Notes: generated by a model not told the origin, from the letters alone. Numbered from the stretch's first letter, positions 9,927 through 21,034 are shown. The stretch: 64,000 nt of DNA from an uncultured Gemmatimonadales bacterium (GCA_963823035.1 CAWGKG010000012.1:128001-192000), one strand, 5' to 3'. Translations and numbers: made by a program.

Positions 9927-9961
9927 ATGCCGGGTGTGGGGCAGGAACCCACACCCGGCAT
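9927..9961 (+). terminator. Probable intrinsic terminator after the ECF sigma gene
   Basis: ATGCCGGGTGTGGG-gcaggaa-CCCACACCCGGCAT, a perfect 14-bp stem followed by TATGTTGT. Confidence 0.65.
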
Positions 9962-10079
9962 TATGTTGTCCACCGATTCCGCAGGCCCGAGTGAGCCGAT
10001 GGTCGAGGGAGGTGGCGCCGCGGGCCTCGGATGCAGGGAGGATCGGCGCCGACCCACACCACGAAGCGAACGACAAACC

Positions 10080-10736
10080 ATGTTCGAGAACCTCCGCAAC
10101 GCCTTCCGCGACGCCGTCGAGAACTTCAACAAAGAGCTCGCCCGCGATCAGGTACCCGAGACCGTCGACAAGCTCCTGAAGGGCATGCAGGGCGAAGTGG
10201 CCGACGCGAAGGTCCGGCTCCGTGAGCTCGAGGACCAGATCACGCGCACGGACGCCGAGGTGAAGCGCGAGAAGACCGAGGTCGCCACGGCACGCCGGCG
10301 CGGGAAGATGGCGCAGGGCATCGGCGATACGGAGACGGTCGAGATCGCGACGCAGTACGCGGCGCGCCACGAAGAGCGCCAGCATGTCCTCGAGCAGAAG
10401 GCCGTGGCGCTGCGCCAGGAGGTGGACCTGCGCCGCGAGGAGGTCGAGGAGATGCTCGCGAAGGTGAAAGAGGCCCAGGTCAAGCGGGACTCCCTGGCCG
10501 CCACCGCCGGGCGGAGCGGTGCCCGTGAGTCACTGGGCGCCGCCGACGAGCTCTTCTCCGAGCTCGACCGCATGGCGGAGAAGATCGGAGGCGAGGAGGC
10601 GAGGGCGCGCGCCGCCGAGTCGATGGACGACATCGACCTCGGGGGTGACTACGACTTCGAGCCCCCGCCGCGCGCTCCGGAGCCGAGCGTGGACGAGCGC
10701 CTGGCCGAGCTGAAGCGTCGGATGGGTCAGGAGTAG
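10080..10736 (+). CDS. PspA/IM30-family-like coiled-coil protein
   Basis: N-terminal amphipathic MFENLRNAF, long coiled coil, FSELDRMAEKI and C-terminal VDERLAELKRRMG typical of PspA. Confidence 0.75.
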   Translation: MFENLRNAFRDAVENFNKELARDQVPETVDKLLKGMQGEVADAKVRLRELEDQITRTDAEVKREKTEVATARRRGKMAQGIGDTETVEIATQYAARHEERQHVLEQKAVALRQEVDLRREEVEEMLAKVKEAQVKRDSLAATAGRSGARESLGAADELFSELDRMAEKIGGEEARARAAESMDDIDLGGDYDFEPPPRAPEPSVDERLAELKRRMGQE

Positions 10737-10763
10737 CGCGCGGCCGACTCCCGGACGGCGAAG

Positions 10764-11261
10764 CTACTCCCCGCGCCCGGCCCCAGTCGCGAAGTCGCGC
10801 AGGAAGAGCAGCCCCGCGCACTCCCCCGCGAGGAAGAGGACGTCTTCGCGCTCGCGTCCGCCGAGGCCCTTCATCCGGTCGGCGCTCCCCTGGACGACGA
10901 GAAACCACCGCTTCCCGTTCCGCTCGCCGAGGTGGACCGCCAGCGAGCCGCGCACCGACTCGCTCAGGGCGGGCGCCTCTTCGCCGTGAAGCCCCGCCAC
11001 GGCGGATGTCGGGAACTCCCGGCGGGCCGGATCGTGCGCCAGGTCCAGCACCACGAAGGGCCGGAGGTCGGCGGCGGGGTCGATCTGCCAGACGATCGCG
11101 CCGCGCTCGCCCGACGCCAGATAGATGCTGCGCCAGAGGGGGAGCGCGAAGCGCGACCGCTCCCCGTCGGCGCCCCAGAGCGCGAAGGTCGACGCGGATG
11201 GCTCGTCTTCGCCGTCGCGCCGGCGCAGGTAGTCGCCCAGGTTGATGATGCCGTCGCTCAT
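10764..11261 (-). CDS. Hypothetical protein
   Basis: MSDGIINLGDYLRRR start; typical codon usage; fills the gap between neighbours. Confidence 0.6.
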   Translation of the reverse strand: MSDGIINLGDYLRRRDGEDEPSASTFALWGADGERSRFALPLWRSIYLASGERGAIVWQIDPAADLRPFVVLDLAHDPARREFPTSAVAGLHGEEAPALSESVRGSLAVHLGERNGKRWFLVVQGSADRMKGLGGREREDVLFLAGECAGLLFLRDFATGAGRGE

Positions 11262-11402
11262 TCGCTCAAGCTCCCAACGCGGCGGGCTCGCGTCAACGGG
11301 TGGGGCGGGCTTCGGTCTGGCCCACCCGAACGGGTTCGGGTAGATTGCCGCGGTCTTTTCCAAAGGAATCTCAGGGCCCGGCGCGAGCGGGCGGAGTCGA
11401 AG

Positions 11403-11681
11403 ATGCAGAACTGGATCGGCGTGGGGATCTGGATCGTCATGGGGGCCGTGGTCGGGCTCTCCATGAAGGTGTTCGTCAGGCGCCCCGAGGAGACGCCGGG
11501 TCACGCGCCCGTCCTGGCCGTGCTGGGCTCGTTCGCGGCCTGCATCGGAGGCATGCTGGGCGTCGGCATCTTCCATCTGTACGAGCCGCTCGCGATCAGC
11601 CCGGGAGGCATGGGCGCCGCCTTCGTGTTCGCCGCCCTCATGACGTTCATCTACCGCTGGGGCGTCCGCGGTCTGGTCTGA
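11403..11681 (+). CDS. GlsB/YeaQ/YmgE-like small stress-response membrane protein
   Basis: WIVMGAVVGL...VLAVLGSFAACIGGMLG; three hydrophobic segments; RBS GGAG. Confidence 0.75.
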   Translation: MQNWIGVGIWIVMGAVVGLSMKVFVRRPEETPGHAPVLAVLGSFAACIGGMLGVGIFHLYEPLAISPGGMGAAFVFAALMTFIYRWGVRGLV

Positions 11682-11940
11682 CGGGCCGCTCTGCCGCCAC
11701 TCCGATGACGCTGCAAGAAGACGAGGCGTCGGTCCCCCCGGACCGACGCCTCGCGCATATTCGCCACGGAGAGAGCTTGCCCGCCTTCCGTAGCGTGCTT
11801 CCATCGAGAGGCGCAACGGCCTCCCCACCCGGATGAAGCGCCGGGCGTCGCGTTCAGATGCGGGGCGCCACTCACGTCCACCCATCCGCCACCGCACGTA
11901 TACTTAGAGGCCCATCGACCCCAGAAAGGTTGCATTCGCG

Positions 11941-13302
11941 ATGTCCGACGTCCTGAAGTTCGTCGACGAGAACCTCGGCCGCTTCCGCGCCGAGATGTAC
12001 GACTTCCTCCGCATCCCCTCGATCAGCGCCCGGTGGGAGCATGACGGCGACATGCGGCGCGCCGCCGAGTGGCTCTCCGAACGGCTGCGCGAGGCGGGGC
12101 TCGAGCCGAGCATCCACGAGACCCCGGGCCACCCCGTGGTGCTCGGGGAATGGCGGGGCGCCGGCGCGGACGCGCCCACCATCCTGATCTACGGTCACTA
12201 CGACGTGCAGCCGCCCGAGCCGCTCGAGGAGTGGAAGTCGCCACCCTTCGAGCCGACCGAGCGCGACGGACGCGTGTACGCGCGCGGCTCGGCCGACGAC
12301 AAAGGCCAGCTCTACATGCACGTGAAGGCGCTGGAAGCGCACCTGAAGGTGAACGGCTCTCTGCCGATGAACGTCGTCGTACTCGCGGAGGGCGAGGAGG
12401 AGGTGGGCTCCGAAAACCTGGTGCCGTTCGTGGAGAAGAACGCGGAGCGGCTGGCGTGCGACCACGTCATCATCTCCGACTCCAACATGTTCGCCGAGGG
12501 GATGCCGTCGGTGCTCTTTTCGCTACGCGGCCTCGCCTACTTCGAGATCCACCTCAAGGGCGCGCGCAGCGACCTGCATTCGGGCCAGTTCGGCGGTACG
12601 GTCGTGAACCCGGGCAACGCGCTCGGCATGATCCTCGCGTCGCTGCACGACGAGAACGGTCGCATCGCGGTCGAGGGCTTCTATGACGACGTGTTGGAGT
12701 GGGACGAGGAGACGCGCGCGCAGATCCGGTCGCTCCCCTTCGACGAAGAGGCCTACCGGAAGGAGCTGGAGGTCGCGACGCTCGGAGGAGAGAAGGGCTT
12801 CTCCCCGCTCGAACGCCTCTGGATCCGCCCCACCTGCGACGTGAACGGGATCCTCTGCGGCTATACCGCGGAAGGTGCCAAGACCGTCCTCCCCAACAAG
12901 GCGATGGCGAAGATCAGCTTCCGGCTGGTGAAGAACCAGACGCCGGAGAAGGTCAAGCGGCTGTTCGAGAAGCACCTCGCGAAGGTCACGCCCGCCGGCG
13001 TGACGGTCGAGTTGAAGGAGCTCCACGGCGGCCGTCCCTGGCAGGCGAAGGTGGAAGGGAAGCTCGTGGAGGCCGCGTCGGCCGCGCTGGAGCAGGCGTT
13101 CGGCGCGAAGACCGTCCTGCAGGGCGAGGGCGGCTCGATCCCGATCGTGGTCGACTTCGAGGAGAAGCTGGGGGCCTCGGCGCTGCTGGTCGGCTTCGCG
13201 CTCCCCGGCTGCAACCTGCACGCGCCCAACGAGTGGTTCGAGTTGGACGCCTTCGACAAGGGCATCCGCGCGCTCGCGATCCTCTACGAGAAGCTGGCCT
13301 GA
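11941..13302 (+). CDS. M20 family dipeptidase
   Basis: YGHYDVQP, ARGSADDKGQ, EGEEEVGS, GGSIP, LHAPNE. Confidence 0.95.
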   Translation: MSDVLKFVDENLGRFRAEMYDFLRIPSISARWEHDGDMRRAAEWLSERLREAGLEPSIHETPGHPVVLGEWRGAGADAPTILIYGHYDVQPPEPLEEWKSPPFEPTERDGRVYARGSADDKGQLYMHVKALEAHLKVNGSLPMNVVVLAEGEEEVGSENLVPFVEKNAERLACDHVIISDSNMFAEGMPSVLFSLRGLAYFEIHLKGARSDLHSGQFGGTVVNPGNALGMILASLHDENGRIAVEGFYDDVLEWDEETRAQIRSLPFDEEAYRKELEVATLGGEKGFSPLERLWIRPTCDVNGILCGYTAEGAKTVLPNKAMAKISFRLVKNQTPEKVKRLFEKHLAKVTPAGVTVELKELHGGRPWQAKVEGKLVEAASAALEQAFGAKTVLQGEGGSIPIVVDFEEKLGASALLVGFALPGCNLHAPNEWFELDAFDKGIRALAILYEKLA

Positions 13303-13316
13303 GCGCGTCGCACAGC

Positions 13317-14822
13317 TCACTCCGGCGCGGGCCGCCCCACCATGGCGGCGGCCCGCAAGAGGGCCCGCGCCTTGTTGAGCGTCTCCTCGTACTCCTTGGC
13401 CGGATCGGAGTCGGCCACGATCCCGGCGCCCGCCTGCACGTACGCCCGACCGCCGCTCACCAGCACCGTGCGAATGGTGATCGCGGTGTCCATGCTGTCG
13501 CCGCCGTAGCTGAAATGGCCGACCGCGCCCGCGTACGGACCACGCCGCACAGGCTCCAGCTCGTCGATGATCTCCATGGCTCGGATCTTCGGCGCGCCCG
13601 AGACCGTGCCGGCGGGGAAGCACGCCCGGAACACGTCCATCGCGTGCAGCCCGGAGCGCAGGTGCCCCTCGACCTGGCTGACGAGATGCATCACGTGGGA
13701 GTACCTCTCCACCACCATCAGGTCGGGCACCGTGACGGTGCCGTACTCGGCCACGCGTCCGACGTCGTTGCGTCCAAGGTCGACGAGCATGCGGTGCTCG
13801 GCCAACTCCTTCTCGTCCGCGCGCAGCTCGTCGGCCAGCGTCCGGTCCTCCTCGGGGGTGGCTCCGCGGGGGCGCGTTCCAGCGATCGGGCGCACCGTGA
13901 CCACCCCGTCCTCGACGCGCACGAGCACCTCGGGGGAGCTCCCCACCAGCGCCATCCCGTCCAGCTCGAGGAAGTAGAGGTAGGGCGACGGGTTCAGGGT
14001 ACGCAGCGCGCGGTAGAGCTCGAAGGGCGTGGCCTCGAGGCGCACGCCCAGCCGCTGGCTGAGCACCACCTGGAAGGCGTCGCCGGCCCGGATGTAGTCA
14101 CGGATGCGCTCCACGCCGGCCTCGTAGTCCTCGCGCCGCGTCGAGGAGTCGAACTCCGGGTCCCGCTCCGGCTCCGCGCCGAGCGCGAGGGGGCGCGGAC
14201 CCGCGGCGTCGGCGAGCTCCGTGACCAGCGCATCCAGGCGCGCACCGGCCTCGTCGTACGCGCGGCGCAGCTCCGCCTCCTCGGCGCCCGCCTCGACCGG
14301 GACGGCTGCGATCGCCATGGCGCGGCCCCGGAGGTTGTCGATCGCCAGCACCACGTCCGTGAAGAGGAAGAGGCCGTCGGGGAGGTCGAGGTCGTCCGGC
14401 GGGGCGTGGGGGAGGTCCTCGATCTCCCGGATGACGTCGTAGCCGAAGAACCCGACCGCGCCGCCCCAGAAGCGCGGCAGGCCGGGGACGTGCGCGGGTG
14501 CGCGCGCGCGCAGGCGGGCCTCGAGGTCGCCGAGCGGGTCGTCCGTGTCGACCGGCGACCACCCCGCGTCGGGCGTCCACCACGACACCTCGCCCCCTCG
14601 CAGACGCCAGGCGGCGGCGGGGCGGGTGCCGAGGAAGGAGTAGCGGGCCCACTGCTCGCCACCCACCACGGACTCGAGCAGGAAGCCGAACGGAGGACGC
14701 GAGAGCTTGGCGTACGCGGTGACCGCCGTGTCCACGTCGAAGAGGAACTCGCGACGCACAGGGACCACGCGCGCCGATCGGGCGTACTCCCGGAAATCGC
14801 GGAAGGAAGGAATCACTTGCAT
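13317..14822 (-). CDS. trpE: Anthranilate synthase component I
   Basis: FLLESV, GDAFQVVLSQR, NPSPY, GSSPE, PIAGTRPRG, EHRMLVDLGRND, FPAGTVSGAPK, QAGAGIVADS. Confidence 0.93.
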   Translation of the reverse strand: MQVIPSFRDFREYARSARVVPVRREFLFDVDTAVTAYAKLSRPPFGFLLESVVGGEQWARYSFLGTRPAAAWRLRGGEVSWWTPDAGWSPVDTDDPLGDLEARLRARAPAHVPGLPRFWGGAVGFFGYDVIREIEDLPHAPPDDLDLPDGLFLFTDVVLAIDNLRGRAMAIAAVPVEAGAEEAELRRAYDEAGARLDALVTELADAAGPRPLALGAEPERDPEFDSSTRREDYEAGVERIRDYIRAGDAFQVVLSQRLGVRLEATPFELYRALRTLNPSPYLYFLELDGMALVGSSPEVLVRVEDGVVTVRPIAGTRPRGATPEEDRTLADELRADEKELAEHRMLVDLGRNDVGRVAEYGTVTVPDLMVVERYSHVMHLVSQVEGHLRSGLHAMDVFRACFPAGTVSGAPKIRAMEIIDELEPVRRGPYAGAVGHFSYGGDSMDTAITIRTVLVSGGRAYVQAGAGIVADSDPAKEYEETLNKARALLRAAAMVGRPAPE

Positions 14823-14842
14823 ATGCAGTCGGGAGCGGCCTG

Positions 14843-16864
14843 GTGAGCGACCCAATGTCCCCCGTAGCGCGGACAGCGTCAACGCCGGTGATCGCCGTGG
14901 ACACGGGGGGCACCTTCACGGACCTCGTCCTGTGGCGCGACGGAGCGCTGACCACCCTCAAGGTGCCCTCGACCCCCTCGGACCCGGCACAGGCGGTGCT
15001 GGACGGAGTGCGCCGGCTCGTTGCGCAGGGTGAGCGCTTCGTTCTCCTGCACGGCTCGACCGTCGCCACCAACGCGCTGCTCGAGCGGCGCGGCGCACGC
15101 GTCGTGCTCGTGACGAACGAGGGCTTCGAAGACGTCATCGAGATCGGCCGACAGAACCGTCCGCAGCTCTATGCGCTGGTGGGGCACCGCGCTCCGCCTC
15201 TCGTCGCGCGCGAGGACCGGATCGGCGTGCCCGGACGTCTCGACCCGCGCGGCGACGAGGTGCAGCCCCTCGACGCGGCCGTACTGGAGGGGCTCGCCAC
15301 GCTCGTCGCCGAGCGCGAGGCCGACTCGGTGGCGGTCTGTCTCCTGCACGCCTACGCCAATCCGGCCCACGAGCGCGCCGTGGCCGATGCGCTCGACGCC
15401 ACGGGCCTGCCGCTGTCCGTATCCTCCGAGCTGCTCCCCGAGTTCCGGGAGTTCGAGCGAACGTCGACCACGGTGGTGAACGCCTACGTGGCGCCCGTCA
15501 TGTCCCGCTACCTCGGGCGACTCTCCGAGGAGGCCGGAGCCGAGCGGGTCTCGATCATGGGCTCCAACGGTGGCGCGCTCCCCGTCGCGCGGGCCCGCCA
15601 CGAGCCGGTGCACACCGTGCTTTCGGGACCGGCCGGCGGCGTGGTGGGCGCGCTGGACTGGGCGAAGCGGACCGGGCACGAGCGCGTGCTGTCGTTCGAC
15701 ATGGGCGGGACGTCCACGGACGTGTCGCTCTGTCCGGGCCACGCGCTGCGCACGCGGGAGTTCGAGATCGACGGGCAGCCGATCGCCATCCCCGTGATCG
15801 ACATCCACACGGTCGGCGCGGGCGGCGGATCGCTCGCGCGGCTGGACGCCGGTGGCGCCCTGCGCGTCGGACCGCAGAGCGCCGGCGCCGACCCGGGACC
15901 GATCTGCTATGGGCTGGGCGGCACGGGCGTGACCGTCACCGACGCGCACGTCTGGCTGGGCCGGCTCCCGGTCGACGCCTTCCTGGGTGGCGAGAGCCGC
16001 ATCGACCGCGATGCCATACGCGCGCCCCTCGCGGCGCTCGCCGAGGGTCTGGGCCTCTCCCTGGAAGCGGCGGCCGAAGGCGTGCTCGCCGTCGCGGATG
16101 CGGCCATGGAGCGCGCGTTGCGGGTGATCTCGGTCGAGCGCGGCTACGACCCCGCGGACTTCGCCGTCGTGGCGTTCGGCGGCGCGGGCGCCCTGCACGT
16201 GGCGGAGCTCACACGGCGCCTGGGCGCCGCGCGCGCGCTGGTGCCGCCCGACCCTGGCCTTCTGTCCGCGTACGGGATGCTGGCCTCGCCCGTGACGCGC
16301 GAGCTGTCGCGCACGGTGCTCGAATCGACCACGCGCGCCGACCTGGACGGGGTTCTCGCGTCCGTGTTCGCCGAGCTCGAGGAACAGGGGCGCGCAGAGA
16401 TGTTGGCCGAGGGGGCGCAGGCCGAAACGCTCGTCGCGGAGCGGTGGGTGGACGCGCGCTACGCGGGTCAGAGCTTCGAGCTGCGTGTGCCCGCCGCGGG
16501 CTGGGTCGAGCACTTCCACGACCTCCACGACGAGCGGTACGGCTACCGACGCGACGCGACGCCCGTGGAGGCCGTGACGCTCCGGATGGTCGTGACGGCG
16601 CCGCCCGTGCGGATCGAAGCGCCGCGCCTCCCGGCGGCATCCGCCTCGCCGCCCCTGGAGGCCACGCGCGTCTTCCACGGGGGTCGCGAGCTCGAGGCCG
16701 TGCGCGTGTGGCGAAGGGATCTCGCCGACGGTCACGTGATCGAGGGACCGGCCGTCGTTCAGGAATACAGCGCCACGACGTGGGTTCCACCCGAGTGGCG
16801 GCTGGAGGTGGACGCATGGGGGTGCCTGCACCTGCTGCCCGGCCACCTGATCCGCTCGGAGTGA
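14843..16864 (+). CDS. Hydantoinase/oxoprolinase family subunit A
   Basis: VDTGGTFTD, HGSTVATNALLERRG, LSGPAGG, FDMGGTSTD, IHTVGAGGGS, SAGADPGPICYG, AFGGAGALH. Start may be ATG 14855. Confidence 0.93.
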   Translation: MSDPMSPVARTASTPVIAVDTGGTFTDLVLWRDGALTTLKVPSTPSDPAQAVLDGVRRLVAQGERFVLLHGSTVATNALLERRGARVVLVTNEGFEDVIEIGRQNRPQLYALVGHRAPPLVAREDRIGVPGRLDPRGDEVQPLDAAVLEGLATLVAEREADSVAVCLLHAYANPAHERAVADALDATGLPLSVSSELLPEFREFERTSTTVVNAYVAPVMSRYLGRLSEEAGAERVSIMGSNGGALPVARARHEPVHTVLSGPAGGVVGALDWAKRTGHERVLSFDMGGTSTDVSLCPGHALRTREFEIDGQPIAIPVIDIHTVGAGGGSLARLDAGGALRVGPQSAGADPGPICYGLGGTGVTVTDAHVWLGRLPVDAFLGGESRIDRDAIRAPLAALAEGLGLSLEAAAEGVLAVADAAMERALRVISVERGYDPADFAVVAFGGAGALHVAELTRRLGAARALVPPDPGLLSAYGMLASPVTRELSRTVLESTTRADLDGVLASVFAELEEQGRAEMLAEGAQAETLVAERWVDARYAGQSFELRVPAAGWVEHFHDLHDERYGYRRDATPVEAVTLRMVVTAPPVRIEAPRLPAASASPPLEATRVFHGGRELEAVRVWRRDLADGHVIEGPAVVQEYSATTWVPPEWRLEVDAWGCLHLLPGHLIRSE

Positions 16865-16926
16865 CGCGACGCCCTCGCGCGTTATCTTTCGCCGACTCCG
16901 GATCGAGCACCGTACCACCGAGGACC

Positions 16927-19239
16927 ATGGCGACCCAGGCAACCACGCACACCGAGGTAGCCGCGTCCACCGACGCGGCGCACCTGCGCCCGCCGTACGG
17001 CGCCGCCGCCATCGCCGGCGTCCTGGTGTTCGCGCTGTACGCGATCACGCTCGCGCCCACGACGGCTTTCTGGGACACCAGCGAGTACATCGCCACCGCA
17101 CACATCGTCGGCATCCCACATCCGCCCGGGAACCCGCTCTTCGTGGTGCTGGCCCGTGCCTGGTCGGTGCTCCTGGCGCCCCTGGGGCTCTCCGTGGCCG
17201 TGCGGGTGAACCTCTTCAGCGCCTTCATGAGCGCGGCGGCCCACGCGCTCTGGTTCCTGGTGATCCACCACGTGCTGCGCTTCTTCTCGGACGATCGCCG
17301 CTTCCGCCTGGTGGGTGCCGCGGCCGCCGTCCTGGTGAGCGCCACCGCCTACACCGTCTGGAACCAGTCGAACGTCAACGAGAAGGTCTACACGGTCTCC
17401 CTCCTCACGATCGCGCTCCTTGTCTGGCTCGCGTTCCGTTGGCAGGAGAACCTGGGGAAGGGGAAGGACGACAACCTCCTCGTCCTGATGGCCTTCATCC
17501 TGGCGCTGTCCGTGGGCAACCACCTGATGGCGTTCCTGGCTGCGCCCGCCATCGGCGTCTTCATCCTCGTCGTCCACCCGAAGACGCTGCTCAACTGGCG
17601 CATCTACCCGGCCGCGATCGTGGCCGCCATCCTCGGGCTTTCGATCCACCTCTTCCTCCCGATCCGGGCGGGGCTGGATCCGGTCATCAACGAGGCGGCG
17701 CCCACGTGTCCGAACATCGCCTCGGCGGTCGGCGCGATCGTCACGTACGGGAAGGCCGGCTGCGTCGCGCTCGCCGAGGCGCTCAACCGCACGCAGTACG
17801 ACAAGCCACCGATCACGTTGCGCCAGGCGGCGCTCTGGTCGCAGATCGTGAACTACCTGCAGTACTTCGACTGGCAATGGGCGCGCTCCCTCGCCGGCAC
17901 GAACACGGTCTTCGCCAACCTGCGCCTCCCCTTCACGATGCTCTTCACGGGCCTCGGCGTGTGGGGAGGGATCGAGCACTTCAGGCGCGACCGGGCGAGC
18001 TTCTACGCCCTGGCGACGCTCTTCCTCACGCTGTCGGTGGCGCTCCTCTATTACATGAACTTCAAGTACGGGTACTCGCTGGATGCGCCGGTACCCGGCA
18101 CCGACATGCACGAGGTGAGGGAGCGCGACTATTTCTTCACCGTGAGCTTCTCGCTCTGGGGGCTCTGGGCAGGTGTGGGGATCGCGACGCTGTGGCGTGA
18201 AGCGGCGCACGAGCTCAAGACGCGGCTGTCGCGCACCGTGCCCGTGCTCGGTCTCGCGCTCATCCCGCTCGTCCTCAACTGGTCGTGGGCGAGCCGCGCG
18301 CACGACTACGCCGCGCGTGACTGGGCCTACAACCTCCTCATGAGCGTCGAGCCGTACGGGATCCTCTTCACGAACGGCGACAACGACACCTTCCCGCTCT
18401 GGTACCTGCAGGAGGCCGAGGGCATCCGCCGCGACGTCACGGTGATCGTGACCTCCTACCTCAACACGCCCTGGTACACGGAGCAGCTCCGCGATCTCAC
18501 CGCGCCCTGCGGAGCCGGTCAGGATCCCATGAAGGACCCGACCCGGAACGTCTGTCAGCGGCCCTACACGGCGGAGAACACGAACGCCGCCTACGTATCC
18601 GACACCACGCAGGCCCAGGGAAAGGTGCCGCTCCTCCTCGACCACCCGCTCACCGCGCCCACGCAGTCGATCCTCCCCCTCGACGACGAGACCATCGAGC
18701 GGGTGGCCGGCTCGTATTCCCAGCTGGACCGCGAGCAGGTCCTGCGCATGGGGAACGTCACGACACGGCTGCATCAGGGGCAGATCCTGTATCCGTGGAT
18801 GCAGTATGCCCTCGTCCTCATCAACAGCTCGATCGGGGAGCGGCCCATCTACTTCGCGTCCAGCGCGAGCGCGGCCTCCGAACTCGGGCTCGACGCCTAC
18901 CTCGTGCGACAGGGCCTGGCGTACAAGCTGAACGACGGGCCGCTCGAGGAGAGCCGCCCCGAGGGCGTGCTCCACATGGCGCGGTCCCCCTACCTGGCCG
19001 TGACCGGCGACTGGGTGGACGTACCGCGCACCGAGAAGCTCATGGACGAGGTGTTCGTGCACCACTCGGGGATACCGGACGCGTGGCAGCACTGGCCGGA
19101 CGCCTCCACGATCGGTATTCCGAACTACTACTTCTGGGGATATCTCGCCCTCTCGCAAGCCGCGGCACAGGAGGGCGACGACGGCGACGCCACTCGCTAC
19201 AGGGAGCGCGCCGAGGCATGGTCGGTCCTGGGAACCTGA
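16927..19239 (+). CDS. DUF2723 / TMEM260-like membrane glycosyltransferase
   Basis: [55 protein letters not shown]; many TM helices. Confidence 0.9.
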   Translation: MATQATTHTEVAASTDAAHLRPPYGAAAIAGVLVFALYAITLAPTTAFWDTSEYIATAHIVGIPHPPGNPLFVVLARAWSVLLAPLGLSVAVRVNLFSAFMSAAAHALWFLVIHHVLRFFSDDRRFRLVGAAAAVLVSATAYTVWNQSNVNEKVYTVSLLTIALLVWLAFRWQENLGKGKDDNLLVLMAFILALSVGNHLMAFLAAPAIGVFILVVHPKTLLNWRIYPAAIVAAILGLSIHLFLPIRAGLDPVINEAAPTCPNIASAVGAIVTYGKAGCVALAEALNRTQYDKPPITLRQAALWSQIVNYLQYFDWQWARSLAGTNTVFANLRLPFTMLFTGLGVWGGIEHFRRDRASFYALATLFLTLSVALLYYMNFKYGYSLDAPVPGTDMHEVRERDYFFTVSFSLWGLWAGVGIATLWREAAHELKTRLSRTVPVLGLALIPLVLNWSWASRAHDYAARDWAYNLLMSVEPYGILFTNGDNDTFPLWYLQEAEGIRRDVTVIVTSYLNTPWYTEQLRDLTAPCGAGQDPMKDPTRNVCQRPYTAENTNAAYVSDTTQAQGKVPLLLDHPLTAPTQSILPLDDETIERVAGSYSQLDREQVLRMGNVTTRLHQGQILYPWMQYALVLINSSIGERPIYFASSASAASELGLDAYLVRQGLAYKLNDGPLEESRPEGVLHMARSPYLAVTGDWVDVPRTEKLMDEVFVHHSGIPDAWQHWPDASTIGIPNYYFWGYLALSQAAAQEGDDGDATRYRERAEAWSVLGT

Positions 19240-19520
19240 CCGGAGATCGGGCCGTCCACGGCTCACCCCACTGGCGCAAGGCGGCGGTCTTCCCAGCGGA
19301 GCCGGGCGCCGAGATAGCGCGTCAGCTGCTGGAGACCGCCGACATTCCCGTCGCCGTGCTCAACGATCGCACCGGGGTCTTCGGCCCCGGCTTCGCCGGC
19401 GCCTCCCACCTCGGCGTGACCGTCCTGGTCCCCGGGGACCGGTTCGAGGAGGCACTCGAGCTCCTCGAGGACGTCCTGGAGAGCTTCGGCGGAGAGACGC
19501 CGGACACCCCGGACTCCTGA
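19218..19520 (+). CDS. DUF2007-like putative signal-transducing protein
   Basis: [14 protein letters not shown]...[18 protein letters not shown] pattern; start uncertain. Confidence 0.7.
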   Translation: MVGPGNLTGDRAVHGSPHWRKAAVFPAEPGAEIARQLLETADIPVAVLNDRTGVFGPGFAGASHLGVTVLVPGDRFEEALELLEDVLESFGGETPDTPDS

Positions 19521-19539
19521 GGGCGGAACGGCCTCCGGA

Positions 19540-20508
19540 TCAGAGTTCGACGACGACGCCTCGCCCCTCGCGCTCCGCTGCCTCCAGCACGCGCGCCGCG
19601 ATGGCGACGTCCTGCACCGCGTTGCCCACCGACTTGAAGAAGGTGATCTCATCCCGTGACGTACGACCGGGGATGCTGCCCGCCGCCACCTCGCCGATCT
19701 CCGCGGCGATGACGTCGTCCCCCACCGCGCCTTCCGCGATCGGACCGATCAGGTCGCCCGCCTCGGCCAGAGCCGCCTCCCGCTGATCGACGAAGACGCG
19801 CGCGCGACGCACCAGCGCCGTGTCGACCTCGCGCATCTCGGGCGTGAAGGACCCGATGCCGGTCACGTGCGTTCCGGGCTCGATGCCCGATCCGTCGAAG
19901 ACGGGCGTCGGGCTGTTGGTCGCGGCGATCACCACGTGCGCGCCCGCTATGGCGGTGGCCGGGTCCTCGACCACGCGCGCCCGCACGCCCTCCTGGTCGG
20001 CGGCGAGGGCGTCCGCCGAGGGCCGGTCCCGTGAGACGATCCGCACGTCCTCGATGGGCCGCACGCACCGCACGGCTTCGAGTTGGGTGCGGGCCTGGAC
20101 CCCGGATCCGAAGAGCGCCACGACCGACGCATCCGGCCGCGCCAGCAGCTCGGCTGCCAACCCGCCCGCCGCTCCGGTGCGCAACGCCGTCAGGCGCGTT
20201 CCGTCCATGAACGCGAGGGGACGTCCGGTCTCGTGGTCCAGGACCAGCACCACGGCGTGGATCACCGGCAGTCCCAGGGACGCGTTGCCCGGATGGACGG
20301 TGACGACCTTCGCCGCCGTCGCGCCGCTGCGCTCGAGGTAGCCGGGCATGAACAATGCCGTGCCCGACGGCGTGTCCAGCGCAAGGCGCAGAGGGGCCAG
20401 GGCCTCGCCGCGTGAGAGGGCGACGAACGCCTCCCGCATCGCCTCGATGGCCGCGCGCATGTCCACGAGCGCGAGCACCTCGGCACCCGACAGGATGCGC
20501 ATCTTCAT
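19540..20508 (-). CDS. Ornithine cyclodeaminase / mu-crystallin family protein
   Basis: [45 protein letters not shown]. Confidence 0.93.
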   Translation of the reverse strand: MKMRILSGAEVLALVDMRAAIEAMREAFVALSRGEALAPLRLALDTPSGTALFMPGYLERSGATAAKVVTVHPGNASLGLPVIHAVVLVLDHETGRPLAFMDGTRLTALRTGAAGGLAAELLARPDASVVALFGSGVQARTQLEAVRCVRPIEDVRIVSRDRPSADALAADQEGVRARVVEDPATAIAGAHVVIAATNSPTPVFDGSGIEPGTHVTGIGSFTPEMREVDTALVRRARVFVDQREAALAEAGDLIGPIAEGAVGDDVIAAEIGEVAAGSIPGRTSRDEITFFKSVGNAVQDVAIAARVLEAAEREGRGVVVEL

Positions 20509-20644
20509 GGCGGACTCCGGACCGTTGGATCGAGGGACGCACACGCCCCCCGGACGGCACACCTTGCTTGGCGGGTACCACCTCCGTCAACGTTAGGGAA
20601 CAGGGAGGCTGCCCACTCCGTGTCATCCACAACCGCATCGGACC

Positions 20645-21034
20645 ATGCGCTTCGTCGAGACACCCCAGGCGCCACGCCCCGCCGGCCACTACAGCCAGGC
20701 GGTCGTCCACGGAGACACCGTGTACGTGGCCGGACAGCTCCCGATCGATCCGACGGATCGGGACGCCCCGCCGGGCGACGCCGCGGAGCAGACGCGCCAG
20801 GCCCTGGAGAACGTCCGCCACATCCTCGAGGCGGCGGGAAGCGGGCTCGACCGCGTGCTGCAGATGACCCTCTACGTCTCCGACATCTCCCACTGGGGAG
20901 AGGTCAACCGGGTGTACACGGAGATGTTGGGTGATCATCGCCCGGCGCGCGCCGTGGTGCCGGTGCGTGATCTCCATTTCGGCTACCTCATAGAGATCCA
21001 GGCCATCGCCGCACTCGGAGAGGAGGACCCATGA
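20645..21034 (+). CDS. ridA: RidA/YjgF family enamine/imine deaminase
   Basis: GHYSQAV, YVAGQLP, EQTRQALEN, RPARAVV, IEIQAIA. Confidence 0.9.
   Translation: MRFVETPQAPRPAGHYSQAVVHGDTVYVAGQLPIDPTDRDAPPGDAAEQTRQALENVRHILEAAGSGLDRVLQMTLYVSDISHWGEVNRVYTEMLGDHRPARAVVPVRDLHFGYLIEIQAIAALGEEDP

Noticed and set aside
11682..11940. Possible riboswitch upstream of the M20 peptidase (GGAGAG plus small hairpins)
   Set aside because: The remaining glycine-riboswitch consensus elements are absent; only weak GC-rich hairpins.
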